A stretch of 63,977 bases of DNA from Octopus bimaculoides. Its lineage: Eukaryota. The stretch covers positions 143,083,062-143,147,038 of the forward strand of contig NC_068981.1 in the NCBI RefSeq assembly GCF_001194135.2, given 5' to 3'. This document shows positions 24,949 through 37,256 of this stretch, piece by piece; within the stretch, counting starts at the first letter, position 1, and every line of letters begins with the position of its first letter. The position numbers and the translations under genes are program-made. The notes below the pieces were generated by a model. It did no database searches. It saw nothing but the letters and a program-made list of their open reading frames with translations, and was not told the DNA's origin.

Positions 24949-27900
24949 ATTAATAATTTGGTAATTCAAAGAAGAAGACCACCGGTCATTTGTTTAACGA
25001 ATCACATTTGTTTTTAAATACATGCTTACATTATTGAATTTCAGTTCTGCATTTTTAAAGTTTTAATACAACAGGTGTAAACAGTTTAAGATCTTTATGT
25101 TTTGTAGCTGATGAAATACATACCATGCATGTACTGTGGTTTATTCAGTCTTCCAAAGCTACAATGTGGCTTTCTGCCAGCTCAGGAAATCATGTTTTGG
25201 GAATAAAGGCGTAGATGCCAAAAGTGACACAACTTGTTCGCATTGCTGTTAGAATGTGTCAAAGGCGAAGTATATTTGCTGGCAAAAATAGTTTGCGTAG
25301 AATTAGATTAGTTCAAACCAATTCGCTGACTTCAAGTGCCAGAGGGCTACAGAGAAGCTGTTGTCTGATAGTTTAATGCGGTATTGGAAATCTTAATTAG
25401 GAAATGCTCGGAAGGACTACAAGAGTTGATGATACAATTAGTGTGAAGAGTAGGTTTGGATGCACAAAATCGGTGAAGGTTGACCGAAGGGCGAAAATGA
25501 CATCAGTTATAGAACTAACTATGGGCACTAAAATGGAACCCTAGTATAATACAGCAAAGGCTTCAGAATCTAAACAAGAATAGTTGGTGCCTTAAAAATA
25601 AGAGCCAATAGAAATGATTATGATAATTATTATGATAATTATTATAATAAGAGCCAATAGAAACACAACCAGCTCTGCTGACACCCTCACCACAACTGCT
25701 TGCGCGGCAGCACAAACGGCATCGCACAACCACGACATTAAAGAAATAACTGCAACTTTAAATGTAAATGCGGGTACTGAGAAAGCAGCAGCAACAAGAG
25801 AGATAAAAACAATAATAAAACTTTGGTATCAGTATCAACATGTATCAAAAGAAGCATTGCCTTCATGGCCTACCGTATTACTACTAACAAAAAATATCAA
25901 TGGACCATACGACGTTCCTCGACCTACTTGGAACCGGTTACACATGTATTGAAGCGAAGGTAACCATGTATTGAAGCGAAGGTAACGGAGAAGAAATCAA
26001 ATTGTCACTTGTAACAAACAAGGGAAAAGGAAAAGGAAACGTGATTAACTCACCAGAGAAAAACTGAGAGGTGCAAGCGGTTGGAAGCGACAGCTACCAA
26101 GAACGTGGAAAGAAGACTAAAATATTCAACAACGACACTAATACTATCATTACCAACATCACTACCATCACAATCACTCCTGCTACAGCGAAAACCATGG
26201 TCTATCCAAAAGGAAGGGCCACCTATGAGAAACATATTATACTTCCATAAATACAAAGGACGAGTTAATGAAAACAAATCAACAGACATAGTTCCTGAAT
26301 GCACATGGCCTGGGTCATCGTGGGACCAGGGCTACATGCTCAACAATCTCTTTTCACTATATATGGATTTGGTATCTGTCAGTGAATCTTCAGTTTCCGA
26401 TTTACAAAACCTCATATCCATTGTCAGTGGATATAAAATCTATCTATATCTAAGTCGCTCTTTAACATCGAACGATATAGTGTCAGGATGACTGAGAGCA
26501 TATGATATACTAAGAAACTGCACCCATTTTACTTTAATTACTGACATGCCTTTGATGCTTTGAGTGACCGGATGGATTGGATGCAAACATGCAGTCTTAG
26601 GTTACGCTATTTCTTCTCAATGCTGCTGGGAAAATTCTCTTTTAAACTTCAAATCCGGTTCATATCCCACTATCCATTCCATTTTCTCTCTCGCACCCGA
26701 TCTTTCTTTCCATTTACTATTCCTCTTACCAAGCAACCTACATTTTTACTAAGATTTTTCCAGCAAACTAGATGTGCATGTACTTTTCAATTTAGAGAGA
26801 TGCAGATAATGTCAACAACAATACAGATACGGTAAAATATCTAATGTAATCAATCGCCATACAAATCTAATCAATTAGTCGTACTTCCGTAGAGAGGAGA
26901 AAAAAATCATTCTGTTTAAATGATTGAGGTCAACAAAAAAACACAAATACAGCTTTATTGTATTAATGATATTGACAGAGTTCAATCATTTTCCGATCCT
27001 TTTGCCTACTCCGTTATTTCTCTTTACGTTATCAGAAGGAAAAATACTGCCCTATGTTTCGCTTTCATTATATCTCTCAGCATGCCCATGTTGAGTGATG
27101 CTTGACATTATCACAAACAGCTTCGTACTGATGTATGAGGTAAACAGAACAGGAAAGACACACAGACACTCGCATAAACAGACTCAGATTCATGCATGAG
27201 TGATTTTAAAATCGATTATAAGACGAAGCGCATGTACTGTTAAGAAAGTGCAAGCTCTATTGCAAGTCAAATTGTTTTTGAATTTTAACACCAGGTCAAG
27301 CCTAAGATGACCTAAAATCAAACTGTTCTGGATATCATCGTCCCCACTTAGTAAAGCTAACATTTTATTATGCTATTTCTATCTGACTTAGTGCCTATTT
27401 AGAAATGTCTTTATTGGTGCTAAACTATTAATGGCTGTAGAGAAAATGATCAGCGTGGTGTATCTTATAATTTTTCATTAACTGAAAGAACACAGTGGAG
27501 ACAGTTTTCCTGCCGCATCTGTCGTCTAAATTCAGGCATAATTACTACATTATCCAGTGAATCATCTCGTTATTAAAATGGTTGAGTTAGAATTAAAAAG
27601 AATTTTTAAAACTTTCTTTGGCAGGTTCAACAACCACTTTGAGACACCTCTGCCAGCCTGACACGAGCAGAAGGTGTGACATATACTTATTTTCTGCTTG
27701 AATTAATTATATTTCCTGCACCTCCTCTTCTGCTCATTAGTCCGAAAGATTATGCCTTATTTCATTCTATCGAAATAACAAAATTAAAGCTCGATAGATT
27801 TATGATATTTAATGAAGGTTTTGAATTTAATTAGACCAGGTCGATTTTTAGTTTTAGTAACATAAATGTCACTAATTGTTAAAGCAAGAATCAGGTTCTA

Positions 27901-28696
27901 TTAAGTAGACCTATGACCAAAAGCGTCCCAACTTTAGCCAAACTGTCGTTTTGCGTTTCAAGCATTGCTGTATTCAATATGTAATTTGCATTAAGATGGG
28001 ATGATATTTCAGATATTTGTCTACTGTATATTTCTTTTGGGTTGCGAAATCGCATGAAACACCTTACTTTTGGCTCGATGTAAATACCAATCTTCCATAG
28101 GGGTCACACAGTTTCTCCTTATCACTCGCTGCTTCCAAACGTGCAATTTTGTCTTACTGTTACAGATCTCGTATTGGAAAACGTGAAGAATGTTGTCGTC
28201 GTTGCTGTTGTTGTATACTCCAAATCCAAACCCAAATGAGCAAACACACAAACAGTAAAAATGTCATGCACTCAACATCCCATTTCTTGTCAGAATTTTG
28301 TCAGAGTATATCATCTCTCTTTAAAACGGGATAGTTATAATTTGGGGGAGATTTGGTTTCTGTTTAGCAAATGGAATGACAACGAAAAAGTTCCTTTCAT
28401 TGAAATGTGGTGGCTTTCATCTTTGCTGTATAATTATTTAGAAACTCTGTAGCATTGAGTTGCACCTAATTATATTAGATTTCGTATCCTAAAAAGGTCA
28501 ACTTTTATTTAACATTTCTGCAGTCAGTAACATTTTATATCATATCGATTTAACTTTATTTACATTATTTACATTTGATGGATAACACAAGGTGTCGACT
28601 GATATATCCCCTTGGGCAAATTTTGAACTTTGGGTCTCATTCCTAAGGTATTTCTTCGATGTTACTATTATCATTATCGTTATTATTATTATTATT

Positions 28697-28770
28697 CAGG
28701 TCACTGCCTGGAATCGATCTCGGAATCTTAGGCTTAGAAGTCCGCGCTCTTAACCACTACGCCACATGCC
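28697..28770 (-). promoter_or_regulatory. tRNA-Arg(UCU)-like Pol III cassette in 3' pLTR
   Basis: Minus strand reads GGCATGTGGCGTAGTGGTTAAGAGCGCGGACTTCTAAGCCTAAGATTCCGAGATCGATTCCAGGCAGTGACC. The GGACTTCTAA anticodon arm and TTCCG.G.TCGA.TCC T-arm resemble metazoan tRNA-Arg-TCT. Confidence 0.7.
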
Positions 28771-28819
28771 AGGGAGAAATTACGGGGGAAATTTTAGTGC
28801 TTATAATTCTAATATTTTC

Positions 28820-31130
28820 TTATCCTTCCTTATTACCGGTTACCATATGGTATTCCTATCTGCACTAGGTCTGCTTAGGAGGTTGTTGTGTTCTAGCATA
28901 TGTGCTACTTCTTTTATTTTTCGTGTTTTCCAGTAGTGTTCTCCGTCTATTATTTTAACTTCATCCCACAGGGGGAGGTGGTCTCCATTTTTTCCAAACA
29001 TGATCAGCTATACCCGATTTATTCATATCTTCTTATGTCAAAGCTTTGCCATGTTCCTCTTCCCTTATTTTTGAGGAGGCGGTATGTTTAGCCTTTGTAT
29101 AACCTACCACAGCTGCATGGGATGGAGTACACGTAGTTTGGGTGATATTCTCTTCTATTGGTGGTTTTACCCGAAGGAGATATTTGACAAGTGTTGTATT
29201 ACACTTGAATACTGTCCTGATATCATATGGGCCCATATCTTTTGTATCTTTTCGGAGAGACCTTTCACATACGGTAGACATACTTTAGACAGTTTATTGG
29301 TTTCATCCTCCCTTTTCTTCATAATTGGAGTAGATATTATGTTTTGGGGGGTAGTTGTTGCTTAAAAGATTGTTACTGAGTTTGATCATTTCTTCGTGGT
29401 GGGTATCACGATCGCTACTTATATTCTTTGCTTGATGTTTTAGGCACTGAGCAATCCCTCTCTTTACATTGTATGGATGGTGGGAATTGAAGTTCAGGTA
29501 TCGTTCCCAGAAGGTCAGCTTACGGTATACGGATGCCCTGAATCCATACTTGGTGCGCATTATTAATACGTTCAGGAATGCTAGCTGATTGTATTTTTCC
29601 TTTTCCATTGTGAAATGTGTGGACGACTTTATTGAGTTTACATGATCTAACAACACTTGGACATATTTCTGGTGGGGCCAGAGGATAAATGTTGCATCAA
29701 CATATCGCAGCCATAGGGTTGGTTTTAGTGGTGTTGATCATAAAGCCACATTCTCAAAATATTCCATGTATATATATATATTGGCTATTATCGGTGATAA
29801 TGGCGAACCCATAGCTAAACTCTCTTCCTGTCAATATATATCAATGTCCATATCGAAGTAGGTAGTTTCTACACAGAAAGTCAACATTTCCATCAAGTTT
29901 CTTATTGGTATACTAGTGCGTTCTTTTAGATGAGTTTCTGTCACTAGTTTTTCTTGAATCACCGATAGTGCTTCACCAGTTGGGACTTTGGTGAACAGAC
30001 TTATCACATCTAGACTTACCATCCGGTTGGATTCAATGGGGGTATCCTTGATCAATTCTGTGAAGCAGATGGAATTCTTCACGTATGAGGTTGACTTTCC
30101 TACTAATGGACTGATTATATCTACAAGGAAGCAGCTCAGTGGAGGACATGCTGAACCTCTACAGCTCACTATAGGTCTTAATGGAATACCATCCTTGTGA
30201 ATCTTAGGGAGACCGTATATATGAGGTAGTTTATTGTAGTGTTGAGTCAGTTGTCTGTACTTCTTTGGTGTGAAGTGATCCTTGTTCTTGATCAAGATCG
30301 GTGACAACTTCCTCTCTGCTGGGTCTTTCTTTACTTTGTTGTAGCTACCATCACTAATGAGACTTATCATTGTTTCAGAGTAGCCAGACTTGTTCACCCC
30401 CACTGTAGCATTCTCTAGTCCGCTTGAAGTATTATGATAGAATTGTCACTCTGTAGTGTTTTGATAGCGAACTTTTCTTCCTTAGTGATGTTTGGTTTGG
30501 GAAGTTTCGCTATTTCTACTACCTGACTCACTTTCCACCTTAGTTCATCTCCCTGAGCTTTTGGTATCTTTACGGCTATCTCTTCAATAGGCGCTATTAT
30601 ATCCAAGTACGGAATGCACTTGATGGTTGTCGCAATGTTGAGACCTTTGTTTAGTACTGCTTCTTCAGAGCTTTCTAGATGCCGGCTACTTACATTCATC
30701 ACTGCTTTCACGGGTAGGTGATGGACTTCAGTCTCCGAGTTTCATAAACTTCTTAATCTAGCGTGTCTTCACCATTTCAAATTCTTTCATGTACGACTTT
30801 TCTAGATCTTGTTGTATTCTCTTTGTATCCTCTTCTCTGGTTATTTTCCTAAGTAATGAATATAACCTCTCTTTGATTTCGTTATTTAGCTGATGTTTTT
30901 TCCAACGGTTGTAATGGATCCTTTCACAGACGAGGGCATCTCCTGCCCTTTCTGCTACAATTCTACATCTATATGAATCCACTGGTGTCATTATATTCAA
31001 ACCAGGTGGTATTAGCTTTGGGTCTCTACAACTACACAGGAAAGTTAGATGGTTTGAAAGACGAGCTAGTTTTTGATAGTGTTTCTTTATATGTCTCCAT
31101 GGAAGTCTAATGCTGGTTCTCTACCGATTA
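28820..31130 (-). pseudogene. PLE RT + GIY-YIG endonuclease ORF, inactivated
   Basis: N-term HLTFLCSCRDPKLIPPGL; LPHIYGLPKIHKDGIPLRPIVS; SLDVISLFTKVP; LAMGSPLSPIIAN; WLRYVDA (YVDD mutated); thumb SHHPYNVKRGI; GIY-YIG NYVYSIPCSCGRLYKG*T. Stops, frameshifts and a (TA)n expansion near 29768-29780. Confidence 0.92.
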
Positions 31131-31225
31131 GACAATACGTTTCTCTATTTAAGAGATAAGGAATTATGTATATTATTTACATTATTTACATATGACGGAT
31201 ATTTGTCCTCATCTTCTTTGTTGTT

Positions 31226-31271
31226 AACACAACGTTTCGACTGATATACCATCCAGCCTTCATCAGGTGTC
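31226..31271 (-). ncRNA. Minimal type-I hammerhead ribozyme in PLE pLTR
   Basis: Minus strand: GACAC-CTGATGA-A-GGCTG-GATGGTATAT-CAGTC-GAAAC-GTT-GTGTT. Stem I GACAC/GTGTT, stem II GGCTG/CAGTC, palindromic ACGT stem III with no loop. Confidence 0.8.
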
Positions 31272-31589
31272 TTGAAGTTAAAGTAATAGACAGAGAACAC
31301 CACTGGAAAATACGAAAACTAAAAAACAGCAGCACATATGCTAGGACAAAACAACCTACCAAGCAAACTGAGTGCAGATATGAATAACATAGGGGAACCG
31401 GTATTAAGGATGGATAGGAATATATTAAATTTATAAGCCCGAAATTTCACTCCATAATTGCCCACGGACATATGGCGAAGTGGTTAAGAGCGCGGCCTAC
31501 TAACCACAAGTGACCTGAATAGCAATAATAATAACAATAACACCGAAAGATACCTTAGGAATGAGAATCCAGGTTCGAAATTTCTTCAA

Positions 31590-31635
31590 GACACCTGATG
31601 AAGGCTGAAGGGTACATCAGCTGAAACGTTGTGTC
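31590..31635 (+). ncRNA. Minimal type-I hammerhead ribozyme in inverted pLTR
   Basis: GACAC-CTGATGA-A-GGCTG-AAGGGTACAT-CAGCT-GAAAC-GTT-GTGTC. Stem I is perfectly complementary and the core is intact. Confidence 0.8.
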
Positions 31636-31723
31636 AACAACAAACAACATGAGGACAAATATGTGTCAAATGTAAATAATGTACATAATTCCTGATCTCT
31701 TAAATGTAGATCAATTTAACTTT

Positions 31724-31941
31724 GGTTTCAGATTTTAACACAAGGCCTTCAGGTTCGGTGGCAGGGGGAGGAAATTGATTACAGAGACCTAAGTACTCAA
31801 ATCATAGTCATTTTATTGAACTCCGAGAGTGGATGAAAGGCAAAATCGACATCGGCAAAATTTGGACTAAAACTTAAAGACGGACGAAATACCGCTAAGC
31901 ATTTCGCCTGGTGTGCGAACGAGTGCGCCAGCTCAACCCCT
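31724..31941 (-). mobile_element. SINE family A, tail type 3 (diverged)
   Basis: Reverse complement of head, core and GGCCTTGTG..AAAAT.TGAAACC tail. Confidence 0.75.
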
Positions 31942-31960
31942 TGATTTAACATTTTATATT

Positions 31961-32120
31961 GGTTTCAAAATTACATCGTCTCTCGTGCTCAACTGATACT
32001 TATTTTATTGATCCCGAAAGGATGAAAGTCAAAGTCGACCTCGGCGGCATTTCAACTCAAAACGTAATACCGCACAGTATTTTGCTGGCGTACTAACGAT
32101 CCTGTCAGCTCGCCGCCTTA
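31961..32120 (-). mobile_element. Short SINE family A copy with 17-bp TSD
   Basis: ATTTAACATTTTATATT at 31944-31960 and 32121-32137; GTCGACCTCGGCGG core; GTCAGCTCGCCGCCTT head. Confidence 0.85.
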
Positions 32121-32670
32121 ATTTAACATTTTATATTAAAATCAATGTATACTTGCTTCTAATAATCTCTTCTCATAGGTGTATTTAAGATCATATTTGA
32201 GAAAGCAGTATCTATTTGTTAAGTCAGTAAATGTAATAATCACCAACACACGGTGTTTTCTGCGTTCAGAATTAGCATCGATTACATGTAAACTTTAATT
32301 TGGGTTTTCTTCTATGTTAGCTTAATATGAATTGTTTACTAACTCTTTAACACATGTCCGCATATTTGGAGATATGTTATTATCGATTATATCCTTTTTA
32401 ATAATTCTGTGGTGGGTATTTAATCAATTGTTAGGGTAAGTGATAAAATCAACCTGCCCAACAACATTTTAAATTGGGAGGTGAAGATTCGAACAAAATA
32501 CCGCAAGGGGTATTATTCAACGCTTTAACTATCCTACCAATCATCTTAATATGTAGATGTCCACTCCTCAAAAAGGCTTAATACCTCGATGTACCTCATA
32601 CTCTTTTCACTTTCCTTCAAATAAGACTCTGTATCTGTCTTTGTCACCTTCTGTCATTCTCTCCCACTCA

Positions 32671-32711
<41 letters not shown>

Positions 32712-34069
32712 CTTTCCCTGTGTTCTGGTAAACAAAAAATCCTCCGAAATTTGAATATCTCAGCCAAAAGTCTTTTTTTTTTTTTATTGGCCATTTTGAA
32801 ATTAAAGAAATTCAATTAATATGAAACCTGGAAATTTTTCTGTACTTTAACAATAATATTTTTCAACGATTCATGGAACTGCTTTTCTAGTATCAGTTTT
32901 TTTTTCATTTTGATGTGTATTTAGAATTACATAAAAGTGTGTGACGGAATTTTTTTCAAATATACAAAGCACTGACGTGCGACATCTACTGTTTCATTGC
33001 TGTTCCTAGAATCTGGAGCAATAATGCAGAGGTTTTTTTTTCGTTGTCTTATATGATATTACATTGTATGTTGTTCACGTAGGTGTTCTGCATACTAACT
33101 ACATATTTTGTACAAGGGATTGAAAAATTTCGATTCAACCGACACCATCCAAGTAAATGGAGGAAAAATTTTAAAAAGACCAAATATGGGCATTTGTTTA
33201 TTAATTACTTTAAAACTGGTCAGGTGAACGAACGGTTTTTGTTCACTGAATTATATATTAACGGTTCCTCATGAAGATACCATAGACTCCGTTCGGGCTC
33301 CAAATATCAACCGTTCTAAAACCTCATCGAGGAATGCGAAGGAAAGCAGAGCATTTTCCAAGGATTCTTTGGACACAGTGTGAGGCGACTGTTATTGCAG
33401 CTAGTCCTAATTCATCATAAGACAAATACCACTGTGAGTGCTATCCAAACTACAATGGTGAAATTAAACCACTGGATTTTTTTTTTAAGAGACGACGAGC
33501 AACGGCTAGAAGAATATTGAGTGAAACCTAATAACCAGTTGATTTAGTAAGCAGGGCTTATTTCAATGAAATAGGGGCATCGCAATGAATCCGTCGAGGC
33601 AAAGACACCGACACTGTGTGCAGTCTCCCCTGACGACCCCATAAACTTGCTAGAATCCGTTATGCGTAGCTTTCAGCTGGTAGCACTTCCATCTGCAAGT
33701 TGTTTGTAAAAAATCTATATGACTGCACGGTATGTATAAATAGTTTATAGAACGCTACTCTCTATAATTTAGCGACCGTCATATAGTTGGTATTCATAAG
33801 GAGAAGCAGTATAGGCAGTCTCAAAGTTTTATATACATTGACCAGTCTTAATATGGCTGAGCTGAATATGCGTCACCGAAGGAAAAAAGGTACTGAGTAT
33901 GAATTCTTATTATATTTATATATTTGGAACCTTTGTTTATCATGTAATTTCTTCAACTTATCTCTAAGTACATGTTTTTTGTATGAAATACATTAAAGCT
34001 TTGTAGCTATTATACACGCTTAAAATAACAATGGGCTGAAAGTTAAAATGAAATATACCAGTTACTGTA

Positions 34070-34280
34070 CAGGTTGTCCACAAAGTCTGGGTACATGGAG
34101 TTTAACACATACTTTAAGAAATTATTATTTCTTATATTTAATTGTTTATATTATGATTTTATTTACTCCATGTACCCACTGGGGATTAACACATACTTTA
34201 AGAAATTATTATTTCTTATATTTAATTGTTTATATTATGATTTTATTAACTCCATGTATCCAGACCTTGTGGACACCTTG
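34070..34280. mobile_element. Tc1/mariner-like MITE
   Basis: ~33-bp imperfect TIRs (CAGGTTGTCCACAAAGTCTGGGTACATGGAGTT / AACTCCATGTATCCAGACCTTGTGGACACCTTG) flanked by TA on both sides; internal 84-bp tandem duplication. Confidence 0.85.
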
Positions 34281-34357
34281 TATATGACAGTTCACGTAGT
34301 TAGACATTGATATAGGTACGGGAGGCCATGAGTGTAATAATATTTGTGTAGTTATCA

Positions 34358-34545
34358 AGAAGCTGAACTAGCAAATCGTTATCAGGCAAGACAAAATACG
34401 TTGCACCATTTCGTCTGTCTTTATGTTGCTAGTTTGATTTCTTCCGATGTTTACTTTCAGGGTCGATCAAATAAGTACAAGGTATGTACTAAGATCGTTG
34501 TAATCGACTTACCCCATCCCCTGAAAATGTTGGCCTGGCACCGCA
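34358..34545 (+). mobile_element. Old SINE family A copy
   Basis: Diverged head GCTGAACTAGCAAATCGTTA; CAGGGTCGATCAAATAAGTAC core. Confidence 0.6.
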
Positions 34546-34547
34546 AT

Positions 34548-35010
34548 TTGAAATCAGGTGTAGCTGTGTGGAAAGAAACTTGTTTCCCAACGATATGGTT
34601 CAAGATTCACTTCCACACCGTGGTACCTTGGTCATGTGTCTAGTATTATAGCCTCGGGCCGATTAATGACTTGTGAGTGGAGTTGGTAGACTGAAACTGA
34701 AAAAAGCTCGTCGTATACATACATATATATGTATATGAGTGTGTTTGTTTGTGTGTGCATGTGTGCGTGTGTATGCATGTATGTATGTATATGTACATAT
34801 CTTTTTGACTGTTTTTTGCTCCCCCTATAGCCACTTGTCAACCGGTGATGGTGTATCTACGTCCGCGTAAGCTAGCGGTTCAGCAAAAAGGTATGATAGA
34901 ATAAGTACTAGGCTTGTCAAATAAGTCATATATCCGATTTGTTCGACTAAAATCCTTCAAGGCGATGCTCCAGCATGGCTGAAGTCAAATGACTGAGACA
35001 AAAGAATAAA
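34548..35010 (+). mobile_element. Old SINE family B copy
   Basis: GTAGCTGTGTGG head, TATAGCCTCGGGCCGA core, GCTCCAGCATGGCTGAAGTCAAATGACTGA tail. Confidence 0.8.
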
Positions 35011-37058
35011 ATAATTTGCGGAGTTATTATTTTGAATGAAAGAATTTAGAATAAAAAAGAAGAAAAAAAGAAAAAAATATAGACGATGGTCGATGAGTTG
35101 GTGAAAGAAAGAGAAACAAAAAAGATTAAATTGAGATTAGAAACCACATGAACAGGATAGCACACGAAATAGAAGTAAAATATAGAAAAATGAAATAAAG
35201 AAGAAATATTAAAAAGGTAAAATTGGGAGAGGCAATTGCGAAGGTCATGTTGAAGATTAAATAGAGAGGAGTAATAAAGGAAATAATAATTTTAGTGGAA
35301 GAAAAGACCATAAAAAGAAGAATGAAGATTGAAACTAAAGAAGGAAGAAAAGAAATACAAGAGGCAAAGGAATTACAGGAGTAAAAGAAAAAAAAATAAA
35401 TAAATAAAAGCAATTAGAAATAGGAAAGAATGGAAGAAAGGAAAGCGGGTGGGGTGGGGGAAGAACAGAAAAGAAGAAAGGGAAGTGTTTACACAACATG
35501 TCAAAAGGAATTGACAGTAGCAGAGTAAATAGAGATTAACGTTATAAAGATATTCGAAGAAAAGACATGAATGGCGAAAACAATAACATAATTTTAGAAA
35601 TTAGTTAAAGTGGTAAAACATACTTTTTTTTTCATGACAATGTCTTATACAGAGTGGTTAGGACAGCGCTTATTAATCTTTTCAAACTGTCTGTGTTTAG
35701 TGGAAGCAGATACGAAGTTATTCTCAACCTAAAGACGTTTCCTTAAAGCCTAAATATTGTGATCCTCGCTTAGGACAACGCCAGGTCAGATAGGGGCATT
35801 AAACTCAGCGGTGGATTGAATGCTAGCTAGATACAAGGAGAGAAGCGCTCCATAGAACGGCTCAAATAACAAGCTTCCATTTTTCATGTAGTTTCCATGA
35901 ATGAAACTTTGGTGGAGGACAGGTTTTCAGTATGCCGCGCAGTGAAGTTGCGAAAACAAAATCGTATAGAAATAAATAAGGAAGTAAAGGATAATAAAGA
36001 AAATCCTTAATTTATGGATATTTGTCGTTGTAAGTCAGTCAGCTATCAACATTGAAAGAGGAGATCAAAAACCAAAAGGTTACAGTATTGTGCTATATCT
36101 ATGAATGTAGTTTAATATATATCCTTGCTTTCTTTCAAGGTGTGATGCCAGCAAGATTTGACAAATATTTCTCGTATCGAGAGAATATATTGAGGCACTC
36201 CCCTCTGTTTCTGTTGTTACTGCAGTTCTTATTGTTCACCCTCGGAATAACCTTCACCGAGAAGCTCTCTGATGAATGACGAGAGCTGGTGGGTTAAAAT
36301 GTCTAAAATACCATTTCCATCGAAATTTCACTGCCATTTCTAGCAAATCCAGTGACATCTCTTTTGCCTCAATTGATTATTTGGCTGTAGCGTACGATGA
36401 AGGATGGACAAAAGAAGAACATGTGGAGATGAATATATATATATGTATGCTGAAATGAAAATGACTAAATTAAAGTTTAAACGAATTTCAATTTAATAAA
36501 TGAAGAGATTGTTTCACAGCTTAATTGATTGATTGAAAGTCTGATTGCAGAAGCGGATGCATTGATAGTTGTATAGTTGGGTGTCTGGTAGAACATTTGG
36601 ATGTGTAAACCAATATATTAATGAAAAGCAAATGTCAAGTTTCTGGAATACTGAGGAAATTGTGTGTACTTTATCAAACAATCTATACCCAATCTTAGAA
36701 TAACCTTTGCTGATTCAATCCTATTTCTATCCAAAGTCAGAAATTCGATTAAAATCAAAATACAGGACTGGGAAGTCAAAGAAATCCACCGAACAACCCC
36801 TTTAAGATGTGTTGCCACTAAGTTGTGGTTTGCTTTCTATCTTTGAGTGAACTCCGACTAAATAAAGTTATAGCGCTCAACCTATGACAATTATAATATT
36901 CCTTTGGGTGTTGTACATCGAGAACTACATTATCAAATTTGTCAGTTACTTTTTCAGTTGTATAATGGTGATTTAAGTGGGATCTGGTTGCTAATCCGTC
37001 AATTCCTCATAAACAATCCATTGTCTAATCTACCGACAATATACAGCTCAGATCTCGA

Positions 37059-37256
37059 GGCGGTGACCCGATAGGATCGATAGCACGCTGGGAAAGATAC
37101 TTAGGGGCTCTTCGTCCGTCTTCACCTTCTGATTTCAAATTCGGCCGAGATCGATTTCGCTTTCATCCCTTCGGAGTCAATAAAATAACAGCAGTTGTTG
37201 TAATGAACTGATTCCCTTCCTCCAAAGTAGTGGCATTGTGCGAAAATTTGACACTA
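37059..37256 (+). mobile_element. Old SINE family A copy
   Basis: AGGCGGTGACC head, TTCAAATTCGGCCGAG, TTTCATCCCTTCGGAGTCAATAAAAT. Confidence 0.7.

Larger units (their letters stand above)
28558..31709 (-). mobile_element. Near full-length Penelope-like element (Penelope/Poseidon-type) with inverted 5' pLTR
   Basis: 14-bp TSD ATCGATTTAACTTT (28544-28557) / ATCAATTTAACTTT (31710-31723). Layout: 3' pLTR (minus, 28558-~28990), ORF (minus), short pLTR (minus, ~31140-31275), inverted pLTR (plus, 31276-31709, which includes the end of the GIY-YIG coding sequence). Confidence 0.92.

Noticed and set aside
26081-26491. 136-aa plus-strand ORF
   Set aside because: No recognisable domain, partly low-complexity, and no supporting splice structure
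36262-36286. GCTCTC..GAGAGC hairpin containing CTGATGA
   Set aside because: Core motif lies within the loop and there is no GAAAC or stem III
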